A stretch of 64,000 nt of DNA. Source: a virus. Each line of letters opens with the position of its first letter. Within the stretch, counting starts at the first letter, position 1. The notes beneath the pieces are model-generated. The model was given only the letters and a program-made list of their open reading frames with translations, did not search any database and was not told where the DNA came from. Location of the stretch: IMG/VR virus record IMGVR_UViG_3300024346_000007. One strand, 5' to 3'. Positions 20,314 to 31,118 of this stretch are shown here, piece by piece. The position numbers and the translations under genes are program-made.

Positions 20314-20320
20314 AACTTAT

Positions 20321-21358
20321 TTAATAATTATTCAATGTGGAAAATAGATTTATCCAAAGATCCAAATTTGATATAGCATTTCCCATCTTATCATAGTTGT
20401 ATAGTTTTATGAAGTCGTACTTCTTTAAGGTCGGTGCCTTTGTATGGTACTTGTCCATAAGTTCTACAACTGTCTCCTCAGAAATGTTTGGCTCCATAAT
20501 ATTCATAATCTTGTAGAAGATCTCTACTTGTTTACGAACATTTAGTATCCTTTCATATAAGACAGACTTTTTAGGAGGATTTTCGCAGATGTGATAAATG
20601 TCCTGCAATGTTTTCCTTTCAGGCTTTGATACAAACTCAAAAAGCTTTACTACATTCTTTTCTCCTAATCCGTTCACTCCAGGTATATTATCTGAAGTGT
20701 CCCCTACTAAAGATTTGTATAATAAGAAATTATCTGGGTGTATTCCGAAATCTTCTAATACATTTTCTACTCCGTATATCTTCTTCTTAGTTGGACTGTA
20801 TACGCTGATTCTATCATTTACAAGCTGCATAAAATCATTGTCTGAGGACATGAGATAAACATGGGAATCATTATACTCTTTGTATATACTCCCTGCTAAA
20901 TATCCCATCACGTCATCTGCCTCAAGCTTGTCATAAGACATTAAAGACACGGGTAGAAATTGTAAGTAGTCTATTAACCTAGTGATCTGATTGTACTTGG
21001 AATCATCCTCGGAAGTTTTTGTTTGAAAGGATTTATAATTCATAATCCTTCCAGTATCCCTATTTCCTTTGTATTGGTTATAGAGATATTTTCTGTTGCC
21101 CGACCCGCCTTCACCATCAAAGACGATTACTACACGAGTCGGGGATAACAGTTTTATTGCATGTCCAAGTGATTTCAAAAATCCAATGAGTCCGCCTACA
21201 TCATTACCAGATAGGTTAACTCGGTTAACTACTGCGAAGCTTCTTAGGAATGTATTCATTCCATCTATAATCAATACTCTACTATTGTAGTGTAGATTAG
21301 TAGGCTTCTCATCATTTTTAAGTTTAGAGAATATATTAAGGAGTCTCTCCTTATTCAT
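20321..21358 (-). CDS. 5'-3' exonuclease / flap endonuclease (PolI N-terminal, T4 RNase H-like)
   Basis: IIDGMN, VFDG, YKGNR, EADD, SSDNDFMQL, GDTSDNIPGV.GLG. Confidence 0.92.
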   Translation of the reverse strand: MNKERLLNIFSKLKNDEKPTNLHYNSRVLIIDGMNTFLRSFAVVNRVNLSGNDVGGLIGFLKSLGHAIKLLSPTRVVIVFDGEGGSGNRKYLYNQYKGNRDTGRIMNYKSFQTKTSEDDSKYNQITRLIDYLQFLPVSLMSYDKLEADDVMGYLAGSIYKEYNDSHVYLMSSDNDFMQLVNDRISVYSPTKKKIYGVENVLEDFGIHPDNFLLYKSLVGDTSDNIPGVNGLGEKNVVKLFEFVSKPERKTLQDIYHICENPPKKSVLYERILNVRKQVEIFYKIMNIMEPNISEETVVELMDKYHTKAPTLKKYDFIKLYNYDKMGNAISNLDLWINLFSTLNNY

Positions 21359-22469
21359 TACCTAAGCTGTTAATGGTAGCATCTCCATGATTATCTATCA
21401 TATCTCCATTATCTACTTCTTCTATTATGTCGAAGTCTTCGCTTCCAAGAATCTTTAACCATTCTGATGAATGTTGTTTCTTATAAGCATCAATGTATTT
21501 CTTATCATCTATGATAAATCCATGGGGAGTTGCAATAATCTTACCAGTGGTCGTTACACCGTTGATGTGATTCTTGTCTACTGAAATCTTAGTCCTCTTT
21601 GCAAACTCAACATCCTTACCATTCTTAGTGGCTTTGATCTTGTTTGTTCCTGCTCCAGTAGAGTTGCCAAAGGTTACTACTATTGTAGAGTCAAAGAACA
21701 TTGTATTTCCTCCCTTGTTCTTTATCTTTGGCATTTCACCATATGAAGAGGGTTTCTCCACCCAAACTTTGTTTACAGCAATAAGGGTGTTTGTATACTG
21801 AGAGCTATCTTTTCTAGAGCCGACAATTCTTTGGTTTATAAAGTTGCCAAACTGTTGAGACATTGCTCCTGCATTCCACTCATTATTGTTCTTATTAGAT
21901 TCTACGGATAGCTTACATGGTAAGGATCCTACGGAATCCCAAAGGAATACTAAATCAATAGGAAGCACTCCTTTTGTTTGTTCATCCAACAAATCCAAAA
22001 TAAATGCAGCCACATCTTCTACGGTAGTTATACTACTCTTATCAATATAGATAAAATTACCTTCATAAGATATTGTTTGGGTTACCTCTCCTGTAACTTT
22101 ATCTACAACATCTTTAACTTTTGTTTCTACTTCAAACCCCATAATCTTAGCATGACTCCAATCCCACTTCATCTCAGTGATGATAAAGACTGGTAGTTTT
22201 CCCATTTTCTGTACACTAACCGCTGCTTCAATCAATGCTGTGGTTTTTCCAGTATCGCTATGGCCACGAAGATTAATAACGTGCCCATGAGGAAGACCTG
22301 GTAAACTGATTGCTTGTTGAAACGCTTCTGATAATGGGATCCACTCTTGTTTCTTGAAGGATCCGTTCTCAGATAGGTTCTTTGATTTCTTAAAGTTTTC
22401 TAAATTAAAGGACGTACTCTTACCTAAGGCGCTGGCTACAGCACCTTTGATGTTTTTTGATTCTGCCAT
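21351..22469 (-). CDS. recA: RecA/UvsX-like recombinase
   Basis: Walker A GHSDTGKTT, FIITE, Walker B FLWDSVG, KGG, VDKNH. Confidence 0.8.
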   Translation of the reverse strand: MAESKNIKGAVASALGKSTSFNLENFKKSKNLSENGSFKKQEWIPLSEAFQQAISLPGLPHGHVINLRGHSDTGKTTALIEAAVSVQKMGKLPVFIITEMKWDWSHAKIMGFEVETKVKDVVDKVTGEVTQTISYEGNFIYIDKSSITTVEDVAAFILDLLDEQTKGVLPIDLVFLWDSVGSLPCKLSVESNKNNNEWNAGAMSQQFGNFINQRIVGSRKDSSQYTNTLIAVNKVWVEKPSSYGEMPKIKNKGGNTMFFDSTIVVTFGNSTGAGTNKIKATKNGKDVEFAKRTKISVDKNHINGVTTTGKIIATPHGFIIDDKKYIDAYKKQHSSEWLKILGSEDFDIIEEVDNGDMIDNHGDATINSLGNE

Positions 22470-22479
22470 ATGTTATTTT

Positions 22480-23340
22480 TTAATTGTCTTCTCCGAATAG
22501 ATCATCAAACTTTGATGCTACTGTTGTTTTCTTTTCTTCGTATTTTGAAGCAGGCTCGTATGGCCCTTCAAAAGGTGGAGCAGCCTCATTTGTTGCAGCT
22601 GGTGCAACTTCTTCTACTGTAGGAGTTGATACTTCTTCAGATTGTGCTTCTTGTGGATTGATGTAATCATGAAGCATCTTCTTAATTTCATCATAAGAAT
22701 ACTTCTTATAGATTTCAGTGATCTCTTTTTGAGTCTCCAATACTTTCTGTACCAGAGCAGCGTCTTCGGAGATAGCAGAAATGTTTCTCTTTGGAGTTAC
22801 GTTAACTGCAACATAGTTGACATCACGCTTACCAATCTTAATTACATCGTTGTATCCTTCTACAGTAAGGTCAGTACCTTCTGTTACATCAGATACATCA
22901 CCGAAATCATCATCGGCCATGATGCTAAGCAACTTCTCATAGGTAGTTTTGTTAAACTCCCAAAGTCTAGCACCCATACCTTCTTCACCACGAACTAGTA
23001 CTTGTGCAAAGAATTTAGTACGAGGCCTAAGCTTACGAGCCAAGTCTTTGCTCTCTTCTGTGTTCTCATCATATAGTTCACGCATAAGTTGAACTACCGG
23101 ATCTTTCTCACCGAAGTTTTCAAGACTGTAAACGTTCTTTTTAAAGATGTTGTACTGGTGGAAGCTAACTTCTGCAAATGGGAAGTCTTTGTTGGTTTTC
23201 CTAGGGAGGATCCTTACTACTTGCTTACCCAACTTTGGTTTCCAGAAAATGGTTGTGAAGTCAATCTTTTCGAATGCGGAGCCTGAGTTTTTAGACTGTA
23301 GCTTATTCAGTCTTTCTTTGATCAAATCAATCTTGGACAT
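22480..23340 (-). CDS. Single-stranded DNA-binding protein, T4 gp32-like
   Basis: FWKP...VRILP, GEKDPV, G.RLWEF, D..EGTDLT; acidic tail FDDLFGEDN; next to the recombinase. Confidence 0.8.
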   Translation of the reverse strand: MSKIDLIKERLNKLQSKNSGSAFEKIDFTTIFWKPKLGKQVVRILPRKTNKDFPFAEVSFHQYNIFKKNVYSLENFGEKDPVVQLMRELYDENTEESKDLARKLRPRTKFFAQVLVRGEEGMGARLWEFNKTTYEKLLSIMADDDFGDVSDVTEGTDLTVEGYNDVIKIGKRDVNYVAVNVTPKRNISAISEDAALVQKVLETQKEITEIYKKYSYDEIKKMLHDYINPQEAQSEEVSTPTVEEVAPAATNEAAPPFEGPYEPASKYEEKKTTVASKFDDLFGEDN

Positions 23341-23366
23341 AACTTGTTTTTTTAAAAAGTGAAGAA

Positions 23367-23397
23367 CAAAAGTAAGGAATATTTTAACTATTCCAAA
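23367..23397 (-). promoter_or_regulatory. Bacteroidota-type promoter upstream of ssb-recA-exo-helicase
   Basis: Minus strand TTTG-N19-TACTTTTG. Confidence 0.65.
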
Positions 23398-23832
23398 TTA
23401 TTTTTTATCCACATTAACGATATCGTGGATCTTAGTCTTAAGTTGTACGAACTGGTCCTTTTGGGTAAGGAGGATGCTATTTTCATAGTCTTTCCAGTTA
23501 ACACGGTAGTTGTTATCTCTAACACCTCCGTTAAGAGATTCTATAAGCTTGTTAAGGGAATTGATCGTGTAAAGAACATTGCACTCTTTACGGCGATGCA
23601 TTAGGATAGTATTGGGGAGAACGTTATCCTTGTTAATATTATCGCTATCAATGTTATATGTGCACACATACTCATTGTCATTATCTGTCTCTAATATGAA
23701 TATCTTAGAATAGATTACTTCATACCTGCTTTTTATGTCAGATATGGTGACTTGTAAGTCTTCTTTTTTCGTAAACGTGCAAAATAGCTTGTTCAAGTAA
23801 TCGTAAGTTAGATCAATAATATTATTATTCAT
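23398..23832 (-). CDS. Hypothetical phage protein between PolA-like and SSB genes
   Basis: 144-aa ORF (KLFCTF, HRRKE..LYTINSLN); fills the intergenic space. Confidence 0.6.
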   Translation of the reverse strand: MNNNIIDLTYDYLNKLFCTFTKKEDLQVTISDIKSRYEVIYSKIFILETDNDNEYVCTYNIDSDNINKDNVLPNTILMHRRKECNVLYTINSLNKLIESLNGGVRDNNYRVNWKDYENSILLTQKDQFVQLKTKIHDIVNVDKK

Positions 23833-23862
23833 ATATAAATATCTAATAAAAGCGTCAAAAAT

Positions 23863-25197
23863 TTATAAATTCTTCATTTCCTGATAGTTCGAACCATGCT
23901 TACATGATGTTTTGTAATCATCTTGTTCTAATATCATCTGTATGTCGCAAAGAGTCTGCTTACCGTCTTCTTTGCTGTAGTCAAAAAGAAAGGAGTCGTA
24001 GTTATATAATACAAGCTTCGTTCTTTTGCATGCAAGATACTTAAAAATATCATTCAAAACAAGAATATTTCTTTCTGTTTCGTAGTTTTGTAGTATATAT
24101 GGTAGTATTTGTGTTTTAGAAGTTATCCCCCTTATAGGCCTTTTTGATATAATACTTTCAATATATCCTTGTTTTCTATAGATATTCCATAAAGATTCTT
24201 TATATTCTTTAACTTTTGCAAAGAATGGGATATCTGCTACTTCTTCCGATATAGAGTCTGTATATAGAAGTTTAAAGGTCAAACTCTTACTCTCTTCGTA
24301 CTGTGATCTGGTTATTTCATCTGTCCCAAAATAGTATTTAGCTAAGTGGCTGTGTATGTCACTGTCAAAGACATATCCGATATGATACGCTAATATCCGA
24401 ATATGATACGATTGATAATCAAACTCTATTAATCTATCATTCTCTGCTATAAATGACTTTCTACTGCCATCATTCTTGTTCATAGCAGCATAATTTATAC
24501 CATTAAAGGCATTTGAGGGCCTTCCGGTGGCGGTATATAAGTTATATTGGCTATATGTTTTGTATGATTTAACCGACATTAAGGCCTCTTTTGGGGTATA
24601 ATGACTGAAAAATACGTCATTATCTATACTAATTCCATTAGATTCGATGGAATTAAACAGTCTAGGAGCTAAGTCTCCATACAGTTTATAGTACTTTGTT
24701 TTAAACCAAGCATAATCTATCTTGATAGAAGCTATCAACTTCTCATACTTCTCAAAATGTTTGGCTATAGGGATGATTTTATTTATATCAGAACGGTATT
24801 CATACTTCTGGCAAAAGAAGTTGTGCGCCGTTGTGTTAAACTTTGATTCGTCTATTATATCTCCGGTAGCTAAGTAATTAGCCATTTTAAGACAATATAA
24901 GGCACTATCTCTTTTAGTGAAGTATCTCATCCTCTTTCCATCAATAGCGTAGATATTGCCAAGCTTATTGATTATGAAGGCCTCTACAGACTCTTTAGAC
25001 AAGGAGAAGGCTTCTGTATGGTCTAAACATAGCATAAATCCCATACGGGATCTAAAAGGCTTTATATAAATTAAGGAGATGTCTGCCAGTTTAGGATGGC
25101 AGTTGTCGTTTGATGGAATTACATCAACAAAACAATTAGTAAAATCGTATGCAGAAAACTTTTGAAGTTGTTCTTCTGTCTCTATTATGTAATACAC
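23863..25197 (-). CDS. Second, short and divergent family A DNA polymerase-like protein
   Basis: TATGRPS, motif A FDYQSYHIRILA, motif B SKSLTFKLLY, motif C YNYDSFLFD; N-terminal region lacks clear exonuclease acidic motifs. Confidence 0.8.
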   Translation of the reverse strand: MYYIIETEEQLQKFSAYDFTNCFVDVIPSNDNCHPKLADISLIYIKPFRSRMGFMLCLDHTEAFSLSKESVEAFIINKLGNIYAIDGKRMRYFTKRDSALYCLKMANYLATGDIIDESKFNTTAHNFFCQKYEYRSDINKIIPIAKHFEKYEKLIASIKIDYAWFKTKYYKLYGDLAPRLFNSIESNGISIDNDVFFSHYTPKEALMSVKSYKTYSQYNLYTATGRPSNAFNGINYAAMNKNDGSRKSFIAENDRLIEFDYQSYHIRILAYHIGYVFDSDIHSHLAKYYFGTDEITRSQYEESKSLTFKLLYTDSISEEVADIPFFAKVKEYKESLWNIYRKQGYIESIISKRPIRGITSKTQILPYILQNYETERNILVLNDIFKYLACKRTKLVLYNYDSFLFDYSKEDGKQTLCDIQMILEQDDYKTSCKHGSNYQEMKNL

Positions 25198-25213
25198 TTT
25201 TATAACCTTTGTA

Positions 25214-25246
25214 CAAAGATAAGGTTATTTTGCGTACTGCGCCAAA
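25214..25246 (-). promoter_or_regulatory. Bacteroidota-type promoter upstream of the PolA-like gene
   Basis: Minus strand TTTG-N21-TATCTTTG. Confidence 0.65.
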
Positions 25247-25740
25247 TTTGTAAAATAATCTGATATGCCTGGTATGGTTTTCTCCAAACCTTCTAAGGTT
25301 TTCTGATTAGTATTTACTATTCCAGGCATTCCTTCTGGAGTGGTGTATAGAGGTCCTGTTAGTTTCCAAGAGAACTTTACTGCTGTGTACAATGGATCTT
25401 TAGAGGCTCTTTCATATTCAGTTTGATCTACTTCTAATATGGTTTCAAATCCACTGTTTACTCTTTTTATTGTATACCTGGTGAAGGATCCTTTTTCATA
25501 GTCTTTATCAGAAGGCATTGCATAGTGAAATCCATATGCTACAGCTTCGTTTTGTACAATACCTTTTTGTATTATAGGGACTAGTTCCTGAGTAGTAGAT
25601 GTATACTCTTTTCCAGAAAAGAACTTTCCATCATTAGTCAAATAGTAATCTCCTATATAAGGCTTTCTAGTCTTTTTAACAAGTAGTTGTGTGCCTGCGG
25701 TATTTGATACTAATGATATTTCTGATTTAGGGTAGTACAT
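25225..25740 (-). CDS. Hypothetical baseplate-region protein
   Basis: 171 aa; last gene of the tail/baseplate run. Confidence 0.55.
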   Translation of the reverse strand: MYYPKSEISLVSNTAGTQLLVKKTRKPYIGDYYLTNDGKFFSGKEYTSTTQELVPIIQKGIVQNEAVAYGFHYAMPSDKDYEKGSFTRYTIKRVNSGFETILEVDQTEYERASKDPLYTAVKFSWKLTGPLYTTPEGMPGIVNTNQKTLEGLEKTIPGISDYFTNLAQYAK

Positions 25741-25742
25741 TT

Positions 25743-28700
25743 TTATTGGTAATATGGATATCCTGTAATAAAGAAACTAGCTACAGGACCGTTAAATAAT
25801 CCTGTATTTAAATCTATGGCTCTGCTTATATCTATTTTAGAAAAAGTAGTTATTTTTTTATATCTACTGCTTTGTGTATCTAATCTTACGGCCTCTAATT
25901 CTTCTTTTGTAGTAACAATCTTATCGTCAGTACGAAATAATTCAAGAAACTGAGCCTTCCAGGCTTCATAGGTTGTAGGATCATTCTCTCTTTTTACTTT
26001 TGCAATTGCGCCGACTTTATTATAGAACTCATTATTAAAAGTAATTCCAACTTCTTGATTAGCTGTAGACATGGCAAAATATAAAGACAGTTCAGATAAA
26101 ACTTTAGTTAGAACTATAGGGCTATTTAGATTATCTAATCTAAAACTTACTTTTTTATTTTCGTCATACTGAGCTACGGGGAATGCTTTTAAATAAGCTC
26201 TGTTAAGGTCCTTCAGCACATAATCAAAATCAACTAAACCATTAGAAAATTCTGTAATTGCCGTTTTAGTATACAAAGGCTCTGAGATGTTTCTTACTTT
26301 TATAGCCCCACTAGTAGTATCGATCTGGTATCTATTTAACAAACAGTCTATTACCAAAGCAGCCAATATATTAAAGTATATAATAGAAGTAGTGTTTTCT
26401 ATTTTTTTACTTTCTGCTTCATTAAGTAATTCTTTTAATACTTCTTCTCCTTTTATCTTAGACTTTATTTGTTTATCTTCCTGATCTAAGATGCACATTT
26501 GAGATACTAGATTAGTAGTCCACCCATTTGTAACTACTTCATTGGATATACCAGTTACTATAAAACCAATGTGCTTTGCTTCGTAGTCTTTAGGTAATAC
26601 TTTTTTATCTACAGTAAATATTTCACCTATAGTCAATCCAGAAAGACCGTCAGTAGTTAAATCAACAGATATGGGAACCACAGCTTTGTAGTCTGTTCCT
26701 CCCTCCATTTCTACTAAAAGTGTGTTCAAATACCCATTCATAGCTACTATGTTAGAATTATAATAAACCCCTATGGATTTATTTACCATCACATACTTAT
26801 TTACATATTGAATAAGTAATAATATAGAACTTAGTTTTCTTCTTTTTGCTACTATTTCAGAAATATTCTTATTATCAACATCTGTCTTTGTATTATTAGT
26901 ACGCTCAAACAACCTATCTTTTAACCCTTCGTTTAAGTAATTGTATGTTGATGTCTGTATAGCAGATACGTTCTCTCTATCTTGTGCAGCTATGGCTATC
27001 ATAGTAGCTTGTGAAGGAAATATCTTAGATTGTATCTTATGATTTCTAACAATGCTGTTATTTCCTGATACATTTATCTTAAATTTAGAACTATATAAAG
27101 AATCGGCAGGTAATTCAGTGTAGTGCTTATCTATGATAACTATCTTATTGTCCTTTACAAACTTATCAAAGTCATTTATAGTACCCAAAGAAAACGCAAC
27201 TCTAGATAATAATTCACTTATGACTCTTCCTAAATATACATACCCTTTATTTGATACTGCTTCTTGTTTATATATAGATACTATCTCTTTTATGTTAATG
27301 TAGATATTTCCTATCTGACCAAAATTAGTATTTTCATATAAGTATTCTCTTAGATTATAGTCTGCTGTAACTGGACCAGTAACAGATTTTGTTTCTGTTT
27401 TAAATATCTCCGGTCTAAATGCTTTGTTCCCCTCTATGTCTGTAAATAAATTTGCTCTACTATTTCTTATTACAGCTACATTTGGATCTATGGTTATTGA
27501 ATTATAGGATGCTTGACATAGTCCGTTAGATATAGAATCACTTTTTAATGGGTTTGCAGGTATTTCTATATCAACTAGAGTTTGATCTTTTGAAGCAAAT
27601 ACATTTTTAAACACATTTAATATGTGCAGCAAGTATGCAAATTGAATATAATAATAAGATCTTTTATCTCCTGGGTTATCTTGAGATACCGGTACTGCTT
27701 GCTCTTCGTCTTTAGTTACATCAGAAACTCCGGATCCTAATAAAGACCCATCATTAGTATTTGAATTTTTATTATACCTGTCTGGGCTTTCCCATGAAGT
27801 CATTGCTTTTTGTAAACCTCCTCTTGCTGCCTGATCTGTAGTAAGATTTGCATTAGCAGCAGTTGTAGAAAATCCAGATTTATACTTATATATAAAATTG
27901 TCTATATAAGGCTTATCAGAATCTTTAATAACACCATCTATGGCAGTTATGTTTTGAGAATTTGATCTAGGATTACTATCACTCAAAGTGCAATATTCAT
28001 CCATCAACAATTCAAATTGGCTTTTTATTTCGCTATAATCTATGTTGTTTAAAGATTCTGGATCTATATTTTGATCTTGGCTTTTAGCAATATCTGCAGG
28101 TCCTATACTAACGCCTATAGTATCATTCATTCTTATAGTATCTATAACGTCTCCTATACTAATCAGTACAGTCGTACATTCATAAGATCCATTGGGCATC
28201 AACGTATAGTCAAAATTCTTTATAGATCCTAAAACTCCATCATAGTTACCAGAATATCTATGTCTCAAAATATCTAGCTGATTGTATATGATATCCTGAG
28301 TTATTCCTGTATTAAAGCAATCTATGGTATTAAAAACCATAGTCTTTGTATTGTATTTAGTAGATGTATAATTCAAAGCATTTGTAGTTGCTTTTGCTTT
28401 ATAGTCCTCTCCTGTAACAGAGCTATCTAAATACATTGACCAGCCCCATTCTAAAACTACTTTATATCCAGGTCTCATAAATAATACAGTCAGATCTTCT
28501 AACTGTTTTACATCCCATGCTTGGAATTTAATAGTAGCCTCTGTTAAAGATCCGTAAGCTCCTAGTGACCTAGTTTTCATACTTGTTATCCCTGGCATAG
28601 GTCTGATGCCATATTGATTAGTTCCTAAATCTCCTCCATAAGAAGCGCCTTTTCCTCCCACCCCTCCTCTAGTAAAGTAGGTATCGGTACCAGCTCTATT

Positions 28701-28919
28701 ATATAAAGTACCTCCCATTAGCACATACTTTTTCGCCAGATCAGGACTTTCGTTACCTACAGGACCATAATCTACTAAAGAAGTCATCCTTATCCAAGGA
28801 GCTTTGCTGGATACATAATGTGCAAAGTCTACAGGCCGATTTACTTCAGATAGAAGATTCTGCCTAGTATTAATCTGACGTATTACATATGGCTTAAAAG
28901 TACTTTTGAATATAGACAT
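25743..28919 (-). CDS. Large baseplate hub-like virion protein
   Basis: 1058 aa with PWIRMTS, RPMPGI, LFMRPG..V.LEWGW and C-terminal GLSGL.IG.F...W.T; follows the LysM-like baseplate gene. Confidence 0.55.
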   Translation of the reverse strand: MSIFKSTFKPYVIRQINTRQNLLSEVNRPVDFAHYVSSKAPWIRMTSLVDYGPVGNESPDLAKKYVLMGGTLYNRAGTDTYFTRGGVGGKGASYGGDLGTNQYGIRPMPGITSMKTRSLGAYGSLTEATIKFQAWDVKQLEDLTVLFMRPGYKVVLEWGWSMYLDSSVTGEDYKAKATTNALNYTSTKYNTKTMVFNTIDCFNTGITQDIIYNQLDILRHRYSGNYDGVLGSIKNFDYTLMPNGSYECTTVLISIGDVIDTIRMNDTIGVSIGPADIAKSQDQNIDPESLNNIDYSEIKSQFELLMDEYCTLSDSNPRSNSQNITAIDGVIKDSDKPYIDNFIYKYKSGFSTTAANANLTTDQAARGGLQKAMTSWESPDRYNKNSNTNDGSLLGSGVSDVTKDEEQAVPVSQDNPGDKRSYYYIQFAYLLHILNVFKNVFASKDQTLVDIEIPANPLKSDSISNGLCQASYNSITIDPNVAVIRNSRANLFTDIEGNKAFRPEIFKTETKSVTGPVTADYNLREYLYENTNFGQIGNIYINIKEIVSIYKQEAVSNKGYVYLGRVISELLSRVAFSLGTINDFDKFVKDNKIVIIDKHYTELPADSLYSSKFKINVSGNNSIVRNHKIQSKIFPSQATMIAIAAQDRENVSAIQTSTYNYLNEGLKDRLFERTNNTKTDVDNKNISEIVAKRRKLSSILLLIQYVNKYVMVNKSIGVYYNSNIVAMNGYLNTLLVEMEGGTDYKAVVPISVDLTTDGLSGLTIGEIFTVDKKVLPKDYEAKHIGFIVTGISNEVVTNGWTTNLVSQMCILDQEDKQIKSKIKGEEVLKELLNEAESKKIENTTSIIYFNILAALVIDCLLNRYQIDTTSGAIKVRNISEPLYTKTAITEFSNGLVDFDYVLKDLNRAYLKAFPVAQYDENKKVSFRLDNLNSPIVLTKVLSELSLYFAMSTANQEVGITFNNEFYNKVGAIAKVKRENDPTTYEAWKAQFLELFRTDDKIVTTKEELEAVRLDTQSSRYKKITTFSKIDISRAIDLNTGLFNGPVASFFITGYPYYQ

Positions 28920-28924
28920 AACTT

Positions 28925-29227
28925 TTATATACTGTTTAAAGAATCGTAATCTGCCAATACTTGATCTAGATTTGCTGGTATTCTTATTTGAGTTCCGGGA
29001 GGTACAAAGATACTATCTCCTGGGAGATTATTTGCTACTAATATTACCCAATAATATTCTGTGGACTTATAGTAATCATAGGATATTATATCTAGTCTGT
29101 CTCCATACGCTGCCTCTATATAAGTGTCGGTGTCAGAGAAAGCTATATCAGGATATTTAGAAGCTCTATAATATCTTCTGCTATTCTCACTGTCCTTTAA
29201 TACTTTTGTGTTTGAATATCTACTCAT
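28925..29227 (-). CDS. LysM-like baseplate wedge protein (T4 gp53 / P2 gpX-like)
   Basis: GDRLDIISYDYY...YWVILVAN...PGTQIRIP. Confidence 0.8.
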   Translation of the reverse strand: MSRYSNTKVLKDSENSRRYYRASKYPDIAFSDTDTYIEAAYGDRLDIISYDYYKSTEYYWVILVANNLPGDSIFVPPGTQIRIPANLDQVLADYDSLNSI

Positions 29228-31106
29228 CTCCTATTTTATATGATTTATCTACTGGTTCTACAATTACAGTTCCTTTCTTTTTGCTAGATTTTAAAGCGGC
29301 TATTGCAGCTTCCTTACCTTCCTTTAGTTTATCACTAGTTCCTTTTAACCATTGCTTATTTATTTTCTTTGGTTCTGACATCCCGTCTATTCCTATGAAC
29401 GGAGCTTCTGAAGACTTTCTTGGTAAAAAGTTGTAAATAGGTATAAAGGTCATATTACATTTTATAAGCTGTGGCAATTCATGCATATCTGCATCTACTC
29501 CTGTAGCATCAGCTTCCGGTTCTTGCAGTGCTATCTCCCAGTTAGAGTCTTCGTCTATGTTCATATCGAAGTTAGTAATGATACCTGGTTGATACAATAC
29601 AAAGTCTCCTATAGTTAATTCTGCAATGTTTCCTCTCATCAAATTATCCTTATAGTCAGGAGTCATTGATGATATCAAATAGTTTAGCTTTTGATATAGT
29701 GGTTTCATTTCTGCACGAGAAGATGCAGCTATAACAAAGGAGTATGTTATGGTTTCTGTGAACCCATCATAAGCGTAGAATGACTCACCCCTTCCTACAT
29801 ACTTGTAGGCATCCCACTTAGATACAACGTTTCTTCTAATGTTTGATATATAAGCTCTAAATACAATATACACTCCAAGACTATTGCCTTTGGCTTCTGG
29901 CCTAACATCATTGTCCAATATTTTTATACGAAATTTTATAATATCCCTAATGAAACTTTCAGGACTGCCGTCAGTATTTACTGGCTTACCGTTTATGTCT
30001 GTAGTAGTTGCTGCTGGCCCTGCTGCGTAGTATAAACTGATAGCATTTATTCTATCGGCTGTGGGTGTGCTTGCTTCAGATGTGTAATCTACTCTATCTT
30101 GAGGTTTTCTAACTCTAGGCACACCTATTCTAGTTTCTAGATTTAATTTTCTATAATTTGAACTGGGTAGCGTGTAATACTTATTAGCATTACCAGAAAA
30201 ATCTACATCCCTTACAGCTATATTCTTAAACTCCCTAAAGTCATCCTTTCTTAAATCAAACTCTACATTTTCACTAGGTACCTGCGGTATGTCGGCAGTT
30301 GCAGTTAAATCAGTTGAGGACGGCTTAAAAGTATATACTCTACTTTCATTTTCTCCTGCCGTTCCTCCTATACTTCTCAATGTTTCCATTGGAAGATATA
30401 TAAACCCTTGATTAACTTGGGTACTTGATCTCACTTCATTATCTCTAATATAACTAGTCTTCATTATTTGAGAGTACCTATTAATAGTTGTGTTACCTAT
30501 ACCAAAAAAAGAGTCTGTACCTCCAGCATATTTTAAAATATGATTTACATCTTCTTTGGCAAGCTGAACCACAAGAGATCTCATTCTATTTTGCCCTGCT
30601 TTTTCTTTAGCAATAATCATTTTTTCATAACTATCTTGTTTGCTAAACCCAGGAAGTAATCCATGTTTTTTAAAGTGCAAACCAGCGCCCGATACTCCTA
30701 CTTGAGCCAAAGTGTTTAACCCTAGAGGATTATAAGTTTGAGTATCTATGACTTTTTTATCAAAATTATAAGCATCTGCTGAGGTATTCGGGTTCATTCT
30801 TTGTAATCCCGTCTGCTTCAAAAGAAATATAGGCCCCTCTATAGTTGTATACAAGAATTTAGATATTCTTTCTACATCTGCTACAGTTCTAGTTATTGTT
30901 GTGACTGCTCCAAATTGAGTTAGCCCGTCATTAAAATTAGATGGAGACCATCTCTGATCTATCTTTCTTACTACAAAAGGCTGTCTGCTATCCCCACCAC
31001 CTGGAGTATCTCTTCCAAACGGTAGTTCATTTGAATTAAACGTACCTACTCCACTATAGTATCTATAGTTGGCTAAATTAGTTGATAAATCTTGTAATGA
31101 TGGCAC
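29220..31106 (-). CDS. Baseplate / tail-tube initiator-like protein (GTG start)
   Basis: C-terminal FRAYI...W...KYVGRGE.FY.Y.GF...LTIGD...PGII...WEI; sits between the tape measure and LysM-like genes. Confidence 0.6.
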   Translation of the reverse strand: MPSLQDLSTNLANYRYYSGVGTFNSNELPFGRDTPGGGDSRQPFVVRKIDQRWSPSNFNDGLTQFGAVTTITRTVADVERISKFLYTTIEGPIFLLKQTGLQRMNPNTSADAYNFDKKVIDTQTYNPLGLNTLAQVGVSGAGLHFKKHGLLPGFSKQDSYEKMIIAKEKAGQNRMRSLVVQLAKEDVNHILKYAGGTDSFFGIGNTTINRYSQIMKTSYIRDNEVRSSTQVNQGFIYLPMETLRSIGGTAGENESRVYTFKPSSTDLTATADIPQVPSENVEFDLRKDDFREFKNIAVRDVDFSGNANKYYTLPSSNYRKLNLETRIGVPRVRKPQDRVDYTSEASTPTADRINAISLYYAAGPAATTTDINGKPVNTDGSPESFIRDIIKFRIKILDNDVRPEAKGNSLGVYIVFRAYISNIRRNVVSKWDAYKYVGRGESFYAYDGFTETITYSFVIAASSRAEMKPLYQKLNYLISSMTPDYKDNLMRGNIAELTIGDFVLYQPGIITNFDMNIDEDSNWEIALQEPEADATGVDADMHELPQLIKCNMTFIPIYNFLPRKSSEAPFIGIDGMSEPKKINKQWLKGTSDKLKEGKEAAIAALKSSKKKGTVIVEPVDKSYKIGDE

Positions 31107-31118
31107 GTTTTTCTTATT

